This document shows positions 54,965 to 62,886 of a DNA stretch of 64,000 bases, one piece after another (positions within the stretch are counted from its first letter, which is position 1; each line of letters begins with the position of its first letter). The translations under genes were made by a program, and so were the position numbers. The notes beneath the pieces were generated by a model. It saw only the letters and a program-made list of their open reading frames with translations. It made no database searches and was not told the origin of the DNA. This DNA comes from an uncultured Gammaproteobacteria bacterium. Its GTDB lineage: Bacteria > Pseudomonadota > Gammaproteobacteria > Arenicellales > JAANXG01. Location of the stretch: the NCBI GenBank assembly GCA_963731035.1, contig CAVSUY010000003.1, forward strand, positions 49,012-113,011. The letters are read 5' to 3'.

Positions 54965-55672
54965 TTAAAGCGCGGCGGCGTCGTCCGGATGACCTGCCGC
55001 CAGCAGGCAGGCGCGGGTGTTATCCAGCAATCTCCGCTGGAGTTCTTGCACCAATCCCTGTTCGTCTTCAGCCAGCTGCTCGCGGTTCACGTACAACGGC
55101 TCGCCCACGTACTCGTAGAGGGTGGTGAAGCACTTGGGAATCTTGTGTCGGTCCCAGGTTCGCGTCCGCCACTGCCTTGCGGCGTTGATCTCGTACGGCA
55201 CGATGGGACAGCCCGCCAGGGCCGCGATCCACAGCACCCCCGTCTGGCACCGATACGCCGGGCCCCGCGGGCCGTCGGGGGTCATGGCGCCGTTCGAGCC
55301 CGCGCGCAGGGCCCGCACCATTTCCCGGGCCGCCCGCCGGCCGCTGGAGGAAGACGAGCCGCGCACAGCGATGTTGCCCGCCTTCTCGATGCCCCTGGCG
55401 ATGAACTCCCCGTCGCGACTGGCGCTGGCCATCATGGCCACCCCTCGATTGCGCATTCGGCACACGAAGATAGCGGTGTTATTGTGCCAACCGGTTAGCA
55501 GCAACGGCTGACCGGCGTGTTCCAGCTCCAGGAGGTGTTCCCCGCCCACGGTCCGCAGTGTGCAGGTGCGAAGGATGCCGGTCATTACCCACTTGTACAG
55601 TGCCGGGACCACCACCAGAGCGACTGCGTTCAGCACGGTGGCGGTGGCTGGACGCGCCCGGGCCGGGGTCAC
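54965..55672 (-). CDS. DUF374 / lysophospholipid acyltransferase-family protein
   Basis: WH, SASRDGEFI, VRGSSS, TPDGPRGP and WDRHKIP motifs. Confidence 0.85.
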   Translation of the reverse strand: MTPARARPATATVLNAVALVVVPALYKWVMTGILRTCTLRTVGGEHLLELEHAGQPLLLTGWHNNTAIFVCRMRNRGVAMMASASRDGEFIARGIEKAGNIAVRGSSSSSGRRAAREMVRALRAGSNGAMTPDGPRGPAYRCQTGVLWIAALAGCPIVPYEINAARQWRTRTWDRHKIPKCFTTLYEYVGEPLYVNREQLAEDEQGLVQELQRRLLDNTRACLLAAGHPDDAAAL

Positions 55673-56742
55673 CGGTTCCTGCCGCCGCCGGTGAGTTGGG
55701 ACACCTGCTTCTCGAGGTTCCGCACGCGCTGCAACAAGTCGTACAGCTTCCTGAATACCGACATGTTCCGGGTGTACTCGCGGAACGGCTGGGTCGGCCC
55801 GGCGGCGTACATGCCGGGCTCGGTGATGTCCTCGGTGACGCCGGCGCGGTGCACCAACACAACGTCGTCGGCGATGACCTTGTGATCGAGAACGCCGGTC
55901 TGTCCGCTCGCGATCACCCGTTTGCCGAAGCGTGTCGAGCCCGATATGCCGGTGTGCGCCACGAGAATGCAGTCCTCGTCGATGAATACGTTATGTGCCA
56001 AATGACACAGGGCGTCTATCTTGGTGCCTCGGGCGACCCGGGTCTCGTGATAGGTGGCGCGATCAATGGTGACGTTGGCCGATATCAGGACGTCGTCCTC
56101 CAGCACAACGATGCCTTTCTGTGGAATACGGTGGTAGTGCTTGTTCTCGTCGCGGGCGAAGCCGAAGCCCTCGGCGCCGATGACGCAGCCGGGCTTGAGC
56201 CTGACCCGTCGCCCGATCCGGCAGTAGCTCCCCACGAAAACGCCGGCCAGAACCAGGGTGTCGTCACCGATGACGGCGCCGGTCTCGATAACGGCGTTGG
56301 ACTGCACCACCACTCGTTCCCCCAGCACCACGTTGCTCCCGATTACCGCGCAGGGTCCGACGGTAGCGCTGTCCGGAACCTTCGCGGTGTCGTGGACCAC
56401 CGCGCCGGGGTGGATGCGCGGCCACTCGTGGTCGTGATAGTCGGTGTCGTCGAAGGCCTGGCGCATGAAGGCATGGGCCAGCTTCACATCGTGGCTCACC
56501 ACGATACCCAGCTCCTCGACGTCTTCGAGGGCGTCGGCAATTGCCTGGGTCGTGACCAGCGCCGCCGGCGGCGAGCGTCTCAGGGATTCGACCCGGTCCG
56601 GGTCGTCGGTGAATACGAGGCTGCCGGCGGTGTACTGCTCCGCGGGCGAGAATTCGCTGAACCTCACGTCCGGCCGGCGCACCTCCAAGGCATAGGGCGT
56701 GTTCTTGAACTGTTCATACAATTCGCCGATGGAGATATTCAT
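55669..56742 (-). CDS. lpxD: UDP-3-O-acyl-glucosamine N-acyltransferase (LpxD family)
   Basis: Hexapeptide repeats, VIGAEGFGF, IPQKGIV, TIDRAT and KIDALCHLAHNV motifs. Confidence 0.85.
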   Translation of the reverse strand: MNISIGELYEQFKNTPYALEVRRPDVRFSEFSPAEQYTAGSLVFTDDPDRVESLRRSPPAALVTTQAIADALEDVEELGIVVSHDVKLAHAFMRQAFDDTDYHDHEWPRIHPGAVVHDTAKVPDSATVGPCAVIGSNVVLGERVVVQSNAVIETGAVIGDDTLVLAGVFVGSYCRIGRRVRLKPGCVIGAEGFGFARDENKHYHRIPQKGIVVLEDDVLISANVTIDRATYHETRVARGTKIDALCHLAHNVFIDEDCILVAHTGISGSTRFGKRVIASGQTGVLDHKVIADDVVLVHRAGVTEDITEPGMYAAGPTQPFREYTRNMSVFRKLYDLLQRVRNLEKQVSQLTGGGRNR

Positions 56743-56774
56743 TGCTGTCGCGCCGTTCCCCGTAGTCGCCCACT

Positions 56775-56798
56775 GTAGGCCGGCATTTTACGCCGACA
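56775..56798 (+). repeat. REP family B copy
   Basis: gtaggccggcattttacgccgaca; the MFS gene stop lies in its loop. Confidence 0.6.
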
Positions 56799-58068
56799 TC
56801 CCCGTCTGACCATGCGCCGCGCCTGTGTGCGGAATGCTTACCCTGGCCAACAATAGCGCGCCGGCGGCGAACATGACCAGCAATATCAGGATGGAAACCC
56901 GGTTGCTGCCGCTGAGCACCGCCGTCCAGCCCACCAGCACTGGTCCCAGCACCGCCGCGAATTTGCCCAGCAGGTTGTAGAAACCGAAGAATTCCGCCGC
57001 AGCCTGCCGGGGAATCAGTCGCGCGTAAAGGGAACGGCTCAGCGCCTGGACTCCGCCCTGGACCAGCCCGATGGAGACCGCCATGCCGTAGAACTCCCAG
57101 GTCCGGTCCATGAAGTACGCCCACATCGTGATCATCATGTATACCGCGAGTCCGATCAGTATGCCCGTCTTCGGACCCAGTCGCTGGCCGAGCCAACCGA
57201 AGCCCAGCGCCGCCGGAAAGCCGACGAACTGGACGATCAGCAGGGCCGCGATGAGGTCCCCGGCATGAAATCCGAGCGCCAGGCCGTAGTCCACGGCCAT
57301 GACGACGATGGTATCGAGGGCGTCGATATAGAGCCAGTACGCCACGAGGAACATCACGACCTTACGGTATCCGCGCACCTGTCCTACCGTGACGCCGAGC
57401 TGACGCCATCCCGCGCGCACCGCTTCCAACCAGCCGCCGCCGGCGCGTCGCCGGCGCTCGTTCACATTCCGCGCCAAGGGCACGGTAAACGCGGCCCACC
57501 AAAGGGCGGTAGCGAGAAACGAAACCTTTACCGCGCCCTCGATGGAGGTGAGACCGAACCACCGGGGATGGAGCGTCATCAATACGCAGTATGCGAACAA
57601 CAACCCACCCCCGAGATAGCCGAGCGCGAAGCCCAGGGACGAAGCCCACTCGTAGCGGGCCGGCGGGACGATGTTGACGATCAGGGAGTCATAAAATACG
57701 TTGGCGCCCGCGAAGCCGACCACGGCCGTGACGTAGACCGCCGCCGCCATCTCCCACTGGCCCTTGGCTATGACTGCCAGCCATCCGGTGAACGTCACAC
57801 CGATGACAGCAAAGAACAGCAGCAGGCGCTTCCTGTATGCTCCCTGGTCGGCGATCGCTCCCAGGACCGGGGCCATGGCCAGCACCAGCAGGCTGGCCAT
57901 CGAATTGGCCACGCCGAGCCGGAATGTGCTCTCGGTCGCGGCGACCCCGACGCTCCAGTACTCCTTGAAGAAGATCGGGAAGAACCCCGCAATCACGGTA
58001 GTGGCGAACGCGGAATTAGCCCAGTCGTAAAGCGCCCAGGACCAGACCTTCTTGCTGTTTCGGGTCAC
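56788..58068 (-). CDS. MFS transporter (Atg22/UMF1-like)
   Basis: SWALYDWANSAF, GYLGG and QALSRSLY..EFFGFY motifs. Confidence 0.88.
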   Translation of the reverse strand: MTRNSKKVWSWALYDWANSAFATTVIAGFFPIFFKEYWSVGVAATESTFRLGVANSMASLLVLAMAPVLGAIADQGAYRKRLLLFFAVIGVTFTGWLAVIAKGQWEMAAAVYVTAVVGFAGANVFYDSLIVNIVPPARYEWASSLGFALGYLGGGLLFAYCVLMTLHPRWFGLTSIEGAVKVSFLATALWWAAFTVPLARNVNERRRRAGGGWLEAVRAGWRQLGVTVGQVRGYRKVVMFLVAYWLYIDALDTIVVMAVDYGLALGFHAGDLIAALLIVQFVGFPAALGFGWLGQRLGPKTGILIGLAVYMMITMWAYFMDRTWEFYGMAVSIGLVQGGVQALSRSLYARLIPRQAAAEFFGFYNLLGKFAAVLGPVLVGWTAVLSGSNRVSILILLVMFAAGALLLARVSIPHTGAAHGQTGMSA

Positions 58069-58089
58069 CGGCGCGGGCCCGTTGGCTGT

Positions 58090-58377
58090 CTACTCGTGGG
58101 CGATGGGCTTTTCGGTAAACAGATAGTCCCTCAATTGCTTGTCCAGCACCCCGTCCCGGCGCCGAATCCACTCCAGAACCATGGCGGCGTGCTCCTTTTC
58201 CTCGTCCCGATTATGGGCCAGTATGGCTGCGAGCTCCTTGTCCTTGCAGGCGTCGACGCGCTGGTTGTACCAGTCTATCGCTTCGAGCTCCTCCATCAGG
58301 GACGTGATGGCGCGATGCATGTCACGCGTTTCGTCGGACATCTCCTCGATCGGCTCGTGGTAGCCTTCGTTCGCCAT
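58090..58377 (-). CDS. Encapsulin-associated-type ferritin-like protein (EncFtn), 95 aa
   Basis: GYHEP..RDMHRAITSLMEELEAIDWYNQR..ILAHNRDEEKEHAAM.LEWIRR.D; GGAG RBS. Confidence 0.9.
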   Translation of the reverse strand: MANEGYHEPIEEMSDETRDMHRAITSLMEELEAIDWYNQRVDACKDKELAAILAHNRDEEKEHAAMVLEWIRRRDGVLDKQLRDYLFTEKPIAHE

Positions 58378-58553
58378 AGAAGTATCTCCAGGAAAATTGA
58401 CAGTATCGACGTATATTACGTGGGATTCAGTCGCGAATAAACGCCTGTTGAAATCCGGTTTTTGCATACTATCATTGAGCTTCGATCATTCAGGCGCCGC
58501 ACCGCAACGGGAGGCGGCACCGGACATTCATCATCGGAACGGGAGGACGAACC

Positions 58554-58781
58554 ATGTTGGACAAGCACGAACAATGGCGGGCGCTGTGCGATGAGCACGA
58601 GGTCGCCCGAGCCGGCTACTTCGCGAATTCACGCCTGCTGACGGACAAGTATGCGCGGGTGTTTCAGGGTGACCGGAACGCGGCGCCTACTGAGCAGGAG
58701 ATCGAGCGCGCCCGGGCAGCGCGTGAAAAATGGGAGGAGGTGAGACAACGCATGGATGATTTCGTGTTGCGAAACACCTAG
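58554..58781 (+). CDS. Hypothetical small helical protein (75 aa)
   Basis: Strong GGAGG RBS before the ATG; amphipathic helical sequence; no family recognised. Confidence 0.6.
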   Translation: MLDKHEQWRALCDEHEVARAGYFANSRLLTDKYARVFQGDRNAAPTEQEIERARAAREKWEEVRQRMDDFVLRNT

Positions 58782-58832
58782 CGGGGCCCGTCCGGTTCGC
58801 CATCGGCGTGAACTGAACGAGCAGGGGAGGGA

Positions 58833-59084
58833 GACGCGGCGTCCGCCTTTCGAACGGTGCTGTCCCTGGCCCCGACATCTTTGCTGGCACGCAACAACCT
58901 GCCCTACCTGCTTGCCCCGGGAGGGCTGCATGGACCAGGCTCTCGAGGAGACCGACGAGGCTTTGGACCAGGCCGGCGGCGAGAATGCCGACCTCAAGAA
59001 GACGCTGCTTCAGACGCGCTCCGAGATCGAGTCCCGGGAGCAGTCGGGTGCCGCGGCGTCCGGCTCCTGTCCCCGAAGGAAATC
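58833..59084 (+). pseudogene. Frameshifted C-terminal TPR gene remnant
   Basis: DAASAFRTVLSLAPTSLLARNNLPYLLA, then an extra C at about 58915-58918, then REGCMDQALEETDEAL; no convincing start. Confidence 0.55.
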
Positions 59085-59161
<77 letters not shown>

Positions 59162-59255
59162 GTGTCGGACCGACACGCCTCATTGTAACAAGAGGCGTGG
59201 CGGCCCCGGCAGCGCGCTATGGGCGAGATGCCGCGACGACCCCCGGAAAACGACC

Positions 59256-59666
59256 TTACGGGCCGGAGACGCCGTCGCTGCAGCTGGCGCCCAGGTTCAG
59301 CGGGAGGGTGTACGAGTCGGTGATGGTGAATGGCCCGACTCCGCCACACTGGTAATAGATATCTCCCGAACAATTGGCCACCTTGACGGTCAGGGTCACC
59401 TGTACTGTGTTGTCCGTGACCAACTCGACGGTGACGCGGCTGCTTGTGACGTCGCAGCCGCCCCAAGTGCCTTGGTCGAAATTCGAAAAGTGGACCTCCG
59501 ATCCATCCCAGTCGTTCACATGGCCGATGCGTGCCGGCACGGGATAGGTGAGATAGGTATAGGGCATGTCGCCAAACCAGACGTCCAGCCTCGCCGTGCT
59601 GCCGCCTCCCACCGCACCATCGACGCAGACCTCGATGGACTGCTCAAAAGAGTAGTTGCACGCCAT
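59256..59666 (-). CDS. Hypothetical beta-rich protein with six Cys and no signal peptide
   Basis: 136-aa ORF with an AGGGGG RBS; Thr/Ser/Gly/Val-rich with strand-like patterns. Confidence 0.7.
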   Translation of the reverse strand: MACNYSFEQSIEVCVDGAVGGGSTARLDVWFGDMPYTYLTYPVPARIGHVNDWDGSEVHFSNFDQGTWGGCDVTSSRVTVELVTDNTVQVTLTVKVANCSGDIYYQCGGVGPFTITDSYTLPLNLGASCSDGVSGP

Positions 59667-59685
59667 TGTCGCTTACCCCCTTTGG

Positions 59686-59910
59686 CTAACTGTAGGCACC
59701 GACGATTCCAGCCACGGAAGCTCGCTGGGTGATCTGGAATCCCGACGTCTGTGCGTGAGCCGGCAAGGCGACAGCCTTGACGATCGGCTCGGACCAATGG
59801 GACAAGGTCACCCCGCCCACACCCACTGCCAGGCCCTTGACCACGCCTCGACGGCCGGTGCGCGGTCGCTTGTCCGATGTTTTGGTGGAAGAACTGCTCG
59901 AGTCGTTCAT
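59686..59910 (-). CDS. Twin-arginine 'LPAHAQTS' motif small protein (74 aa)
   Basis: GRRGVVKGLAVGVGG..WSEPIVKAVALPAHAQTS; GAGGGGG RBS upstream of the ATG at 59910. Confidence 0.8.
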   Translation of the reverse strand: MNDSSSSSTKTSDKRPRTGRRGVVKGLAVGVGGVTLSHWSEPIVKAVALPAHAQTSGFQITQRASVAGIVGAYS

Positions 59911-60032
59911 CTGTTGAACCCCCTCTGATGAGATGGCGGGCACCATTGGAAACCCCCTGCGTTGGTGTGCCCCTGTATGCGCCGGGGACCGCCCCGGACG
60001 TGCTTATGCAAGCTACTGGATTCCCTGTGTCC

Positions 60033-60060
60033 ATTATTGGGTTTTCCAGGACCAAGTCAA
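60033..60060 (-). promoter_or_regulatory. Putative sigma-70 promoter for the two small genes
   Basis: Minus strand TTGACT-N16-AATAAT in a high-GC background, overlapping the GT stop codon. Confidence 0.45.
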
Positions 60061-62510
60061 TTGAAAAAATGGCCCAGAGCGCGTATCCAGGATTGCCGGG
60101 TCTCATCCGCGTCGTGATGGGCGAGCACCTGCTCGAATTCCGCGGCCAGCCTTGCCCGGGCCTCCCGCGCGAGCCTCGGCAGGTCCGAGAACACCCGTTG
60201 CAGGGCCTCGATATCCACTCCCGCTTCTTGTCCGATACCGCCCTGCATCCACCGGAAAGCAGGCCGTGCCGGGCGAGGAGGCCCCGGCGGCACCAGGATT
60301 ATGCCTGGCAGATGACGCAATTCCGCATGGACGTGGGCATCGAGGAGAACGACCGGCTTGCCCAGGTGCAGCGCCTCGCGCGGGGTGACGGACCAGCCTT
60401 CTCCCGAGGACAGGAAACAGTAGACGTCGAGCCCGCTCATCCATTCGAGGTATTCCCCCCGGCTGAGGGACGCGACCCGCAGCTCGATATTGCCGCAGTC
60501 GAGGGCCGATTCGATCCGGCGGTGCTCTTCCTGGGCCTCCCGGTCCCGGGGCTCGGTGCGAGTGTGGATCCGAAGCCGGAAATCGGGGTGTCCGCCAAGG
60601 ACGGCCGCGAAGGCCTCCGCCGTCAACGCGAGGTTCTTGCGTGGCCACAGGCCAGCCGACATGCCGAGCGTCAATGGTTGTCCGGAGTCGTCGCCCCCGG
60701 CCACTGGCGGGCGAACCACGTACTCGTAGGGATGGGGCAGCTTAACGAAACGAACCTCGTGCTCCCGCAGGTAGTCTTCGAGCAGTGACGAGGTGATGAT
60801 GGTCAGATCATAGGCGCGGACGAGATCCAGCATTGGGTTCCACAGCCGGTCCGTCTCCCACATCAGGTAGACGGCGCAACAGGCGGCGAAACGCCCCCGC
60901 ATGTCGAGAACCCGGTCGATCTGCTCGCGGATCGACTTTTCACCGCCCGGCAAACCTACCACGTCCAGGTACAGACAGTTCTGGAACAGGTCTGGACGCT
61001 GCTCGTGTACATAGCTCGAGAGCCCGTCGTAGAGCTCGGGTGAATAGCTGGACACACGTTCGTCGAGACTCTTGTAGCGGATCCCGGACCCGTTGAAAAC
61101 CAGGCGATCCAGAAGACGCAGGTGGGCGCCGACCCCGTCACGGGGATAGTCCCAGCCGGAGTACACGATGCTCGAGAATCCGAGTTGCTCGCCGGCGTCG
61201 ATCGCCGCGCCAGGATCCGCCGTCGCCCGGGCGCGGCGCTCGGCGTCCTGGCGATAGCGCTCGCATTCACCGGGATCGAGACAATGCCCCGCCAGACGCT
61301 CGAACTCCTCGACGCCGCACTCCAGGGCCGACCGGGCGATCTCGATTATCGGTTGGAGTACCCTGGGCCAGGCATATCGTCGGCGCACGTCGGCGCCGGC
61401 AGTAACGAGCTTGTCGCGCTCCTCCGTCCAGTGGTCCACGGCATGACGCAACTTTGCGATCAGGTCCTCCTCGTCCACGGCACAGTATCGCCCGCACTGG
61501 TGATCGACGCGCGGCGCCCGTATGACGCCTCCGGGCCGCAGGCAAATGGAGTTGTCTCTGTCGAGGTAGTCCGCCATGCCTCCCGTCGCCGGCGCGATTA
61601 CCGGCGTCTCGCAGGCGATGGATTCGAGCGGCACGAGCCCGAAGCCCTCGCCTTTGGAGGGGTGGACGGTGCAATGCACCTCGGAATACACCCGCGCGGC
61701 ATCCCTCAGGCTCAGGGCCCCCGGCGGATCGAATTCCACCAGGCGGCCGTAGTCCGGCCAGCCTGGACAGGCGGGCAGCCAGCGACGGTCACCGATTCGT
61801 AGACGAAGGACGATGTCGTCCCGCCCCTCGAACGCGATCTGGAAGCAGCGTATCAATTCCCGGTAGCCCTTTCTCTCCGCTACCAGGTGACTGCGTAAGC
61901 TGTTGTAGAAGACGAAGCGCCCGTTCGGCCGCAATCCCTCGATCAGGCGATGCTGCGGATGCACGCCGTGCGGCACGACCATGACGGGGCTCGTGACCCC
62001 GGACCGCAGGAACGCCATCCTGCAGGAACGCGAGGGCACCACGATCAGGTGAAATCGATTGCAGGCTCGCACCCATTCCGGGAGGATCTGATCCGTCTCG
62101 CAGACACAGATCCCTATCCTGATGTCATGCGAAAAGAAGAAATCCGGCGCATGGGTGGGAAAGCCGAAAAATATCCCCACCCGCGCCCGCCGGTTGAGCC
62201 CGGTGAGATGTGACAGCACGGGATCGCTTGGTTCCGGACCGGCATAGTTGCACAGGGCAAGCTCCGTGATTTCATCTGCGAGAGCGTGCGCCAACGCACC
62301 GAATACGTTCGAATACGAATCGGTGCCCGCCAGGTAGCCATAAAGCTGAAGGCGGGCGTCCGGCCTGTGGCGGCCCCCAAAGGATATCTTTGGCGGTGCG
62401 TCGGGCGGACTGAAATTGAATTGGAAGTGTGCGCGGCGCACTTGTCCGAGAGTGTGGGCCCGCGTCCCGGGCTCAGCCGCGATCGTCGCGGCGGGCCTTG
62501 CCGGTCGCAT
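60057..62510 (-). CDS. Glycosyltransferase with two tandem GT4 (GT-B) modules
   Basis: Two EX7E motifs (EGFGLVPLE, EGWSVTPRE); N-lobes with VCETD and MWETD; start uncertain. Confidence 0.85.
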   Translation of the reverse strand: MRPARPAATIAAEPGTRAHTLGQVRRAHFQFNFSPPDAPPKISFGGRHRPDARLQLYGYLAGTDSYSNVFGALAHALADEITELALCNYAGPEPSDPVLSHLTGLNRRARVGIFFGFPTHAPDFFFSHDIRIGICVCETDQILPEWVRACNRFHLIVVPSRSCRMAFLRSGVTSPVMVVPHGVHPQHRLIEGLRPNGRFVFYNSLRSHLVAERKGYRELIRCFQIAFEGRDDIVLRLRIGDRRWLPACPGWPDYGRLVEFDPPGALSLRDAARVYSEVHCTVHPSKGEGFGLVPLESIACETPVIAPATGGMADYLDRDNSICLRPGGVIRAPRVDHQCGRYCAVDEEDLIAKLRHAVDHWTEERDKLVTAGADVRRRYAWPRVLQPIIEIARSALECGVEEFERLAGHCLDPGECERYRQDAERRARATADPGAAIDAGEQLGFSSIVYSGWDYPRDGVGAHLRLLDRLVFNGSGIRYKSLDERVSSYSPELYDGLSSYVHEQRPDLFQNCLYLDVVGLPGGEKSIREQIDRVLDMRGRFAACCAVYLMWETDRLWNPMLDLVRAYDLTIITSSLLEDYLREHEVRFVKLPHPYEYVVRPPVAGGDDSGQPLTLGMSAGLWPRKNLALTAEAFAAVLGGHPDFRLRIHTRTEPRDREAQEEHRRIESALDCGNIELRVASLSRGEYLEWMSGLDVYCFLSSGEGWSVTPREALHLGKPVVLLDAHVHAELRHLPGIILVPPGPPRPARPAFRWMQGGIGQEAGVDIEALQRVFSDLPRLAREARARLAAEFEQVLAHHDADETRQSWIRALGHFFN

Positions 62511-62805
62511 CTGCGGGGGGCGATAGGGCCGGCCATTTTCCCTCGGGGCACGCGAATCCCGCGTACCAGGTTTTGATGCCCATGGCGCAGAGGCAGCGAC
62601 GGCATTGGGTGGTTACGGGAACGAACTCCTCGCAGTCCTGGCAAATGGCATAGCGCTCCCACTTGACTTCTCTCGGAACCCGCCAGAACTTCTCGTTCAA
62701 GCGCCGCCAGCGTGCCTTGCCCACCTTGATCCAGGCGGTCCACGCCCATTGCGTTTCGCGCTGATCCGGCTGTGAGTCGTCAGGTTCGTGTTGGAACTCG
62801 TTCAT
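62473..62805 (-). CDS. Small Cys-rich protein, DUF6171-like
   Basis: R..ICxxC..QCxxCxCxMxxK..CPxxKW pattern; family name is from recall. Confidence 0.7.
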   Translation of the reverse strand: MNEFQHEPDDSQPDQRETQWAWTAWIKVGKARWRRLNEKFWRVPREVKWERYAICQDCEEFVPVTTQCRRCLCAMGIKTWYAGFACPEGKWPALSPPADATGKARRDDRG

Positions 62806-62886
62806 GCCCTGCTCATGGGAATGCTGCCCCGCCCGGCCCGGTGCGGCCGGGGAATTGGTATAGAATCATCCGCTGTGGCTAACCCA

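Noticed and set aside
59666-59686. Frameshift or read-through fusing the Tat peptide to the 136-aa protein
   Set aside because: The peptide's TAG precedes the G-run, the downstream frame has its own TAA, and there is a separate RBS; two genes is the simpler reading, though a fusion is not excluded without homologs.
59915-60030. Recurrent CAGGG motifs in the leader of the Tat peptide gene as possible CsrA sites
   Set aside because: Most lack the GGA core, and the motif is too short to be significant.
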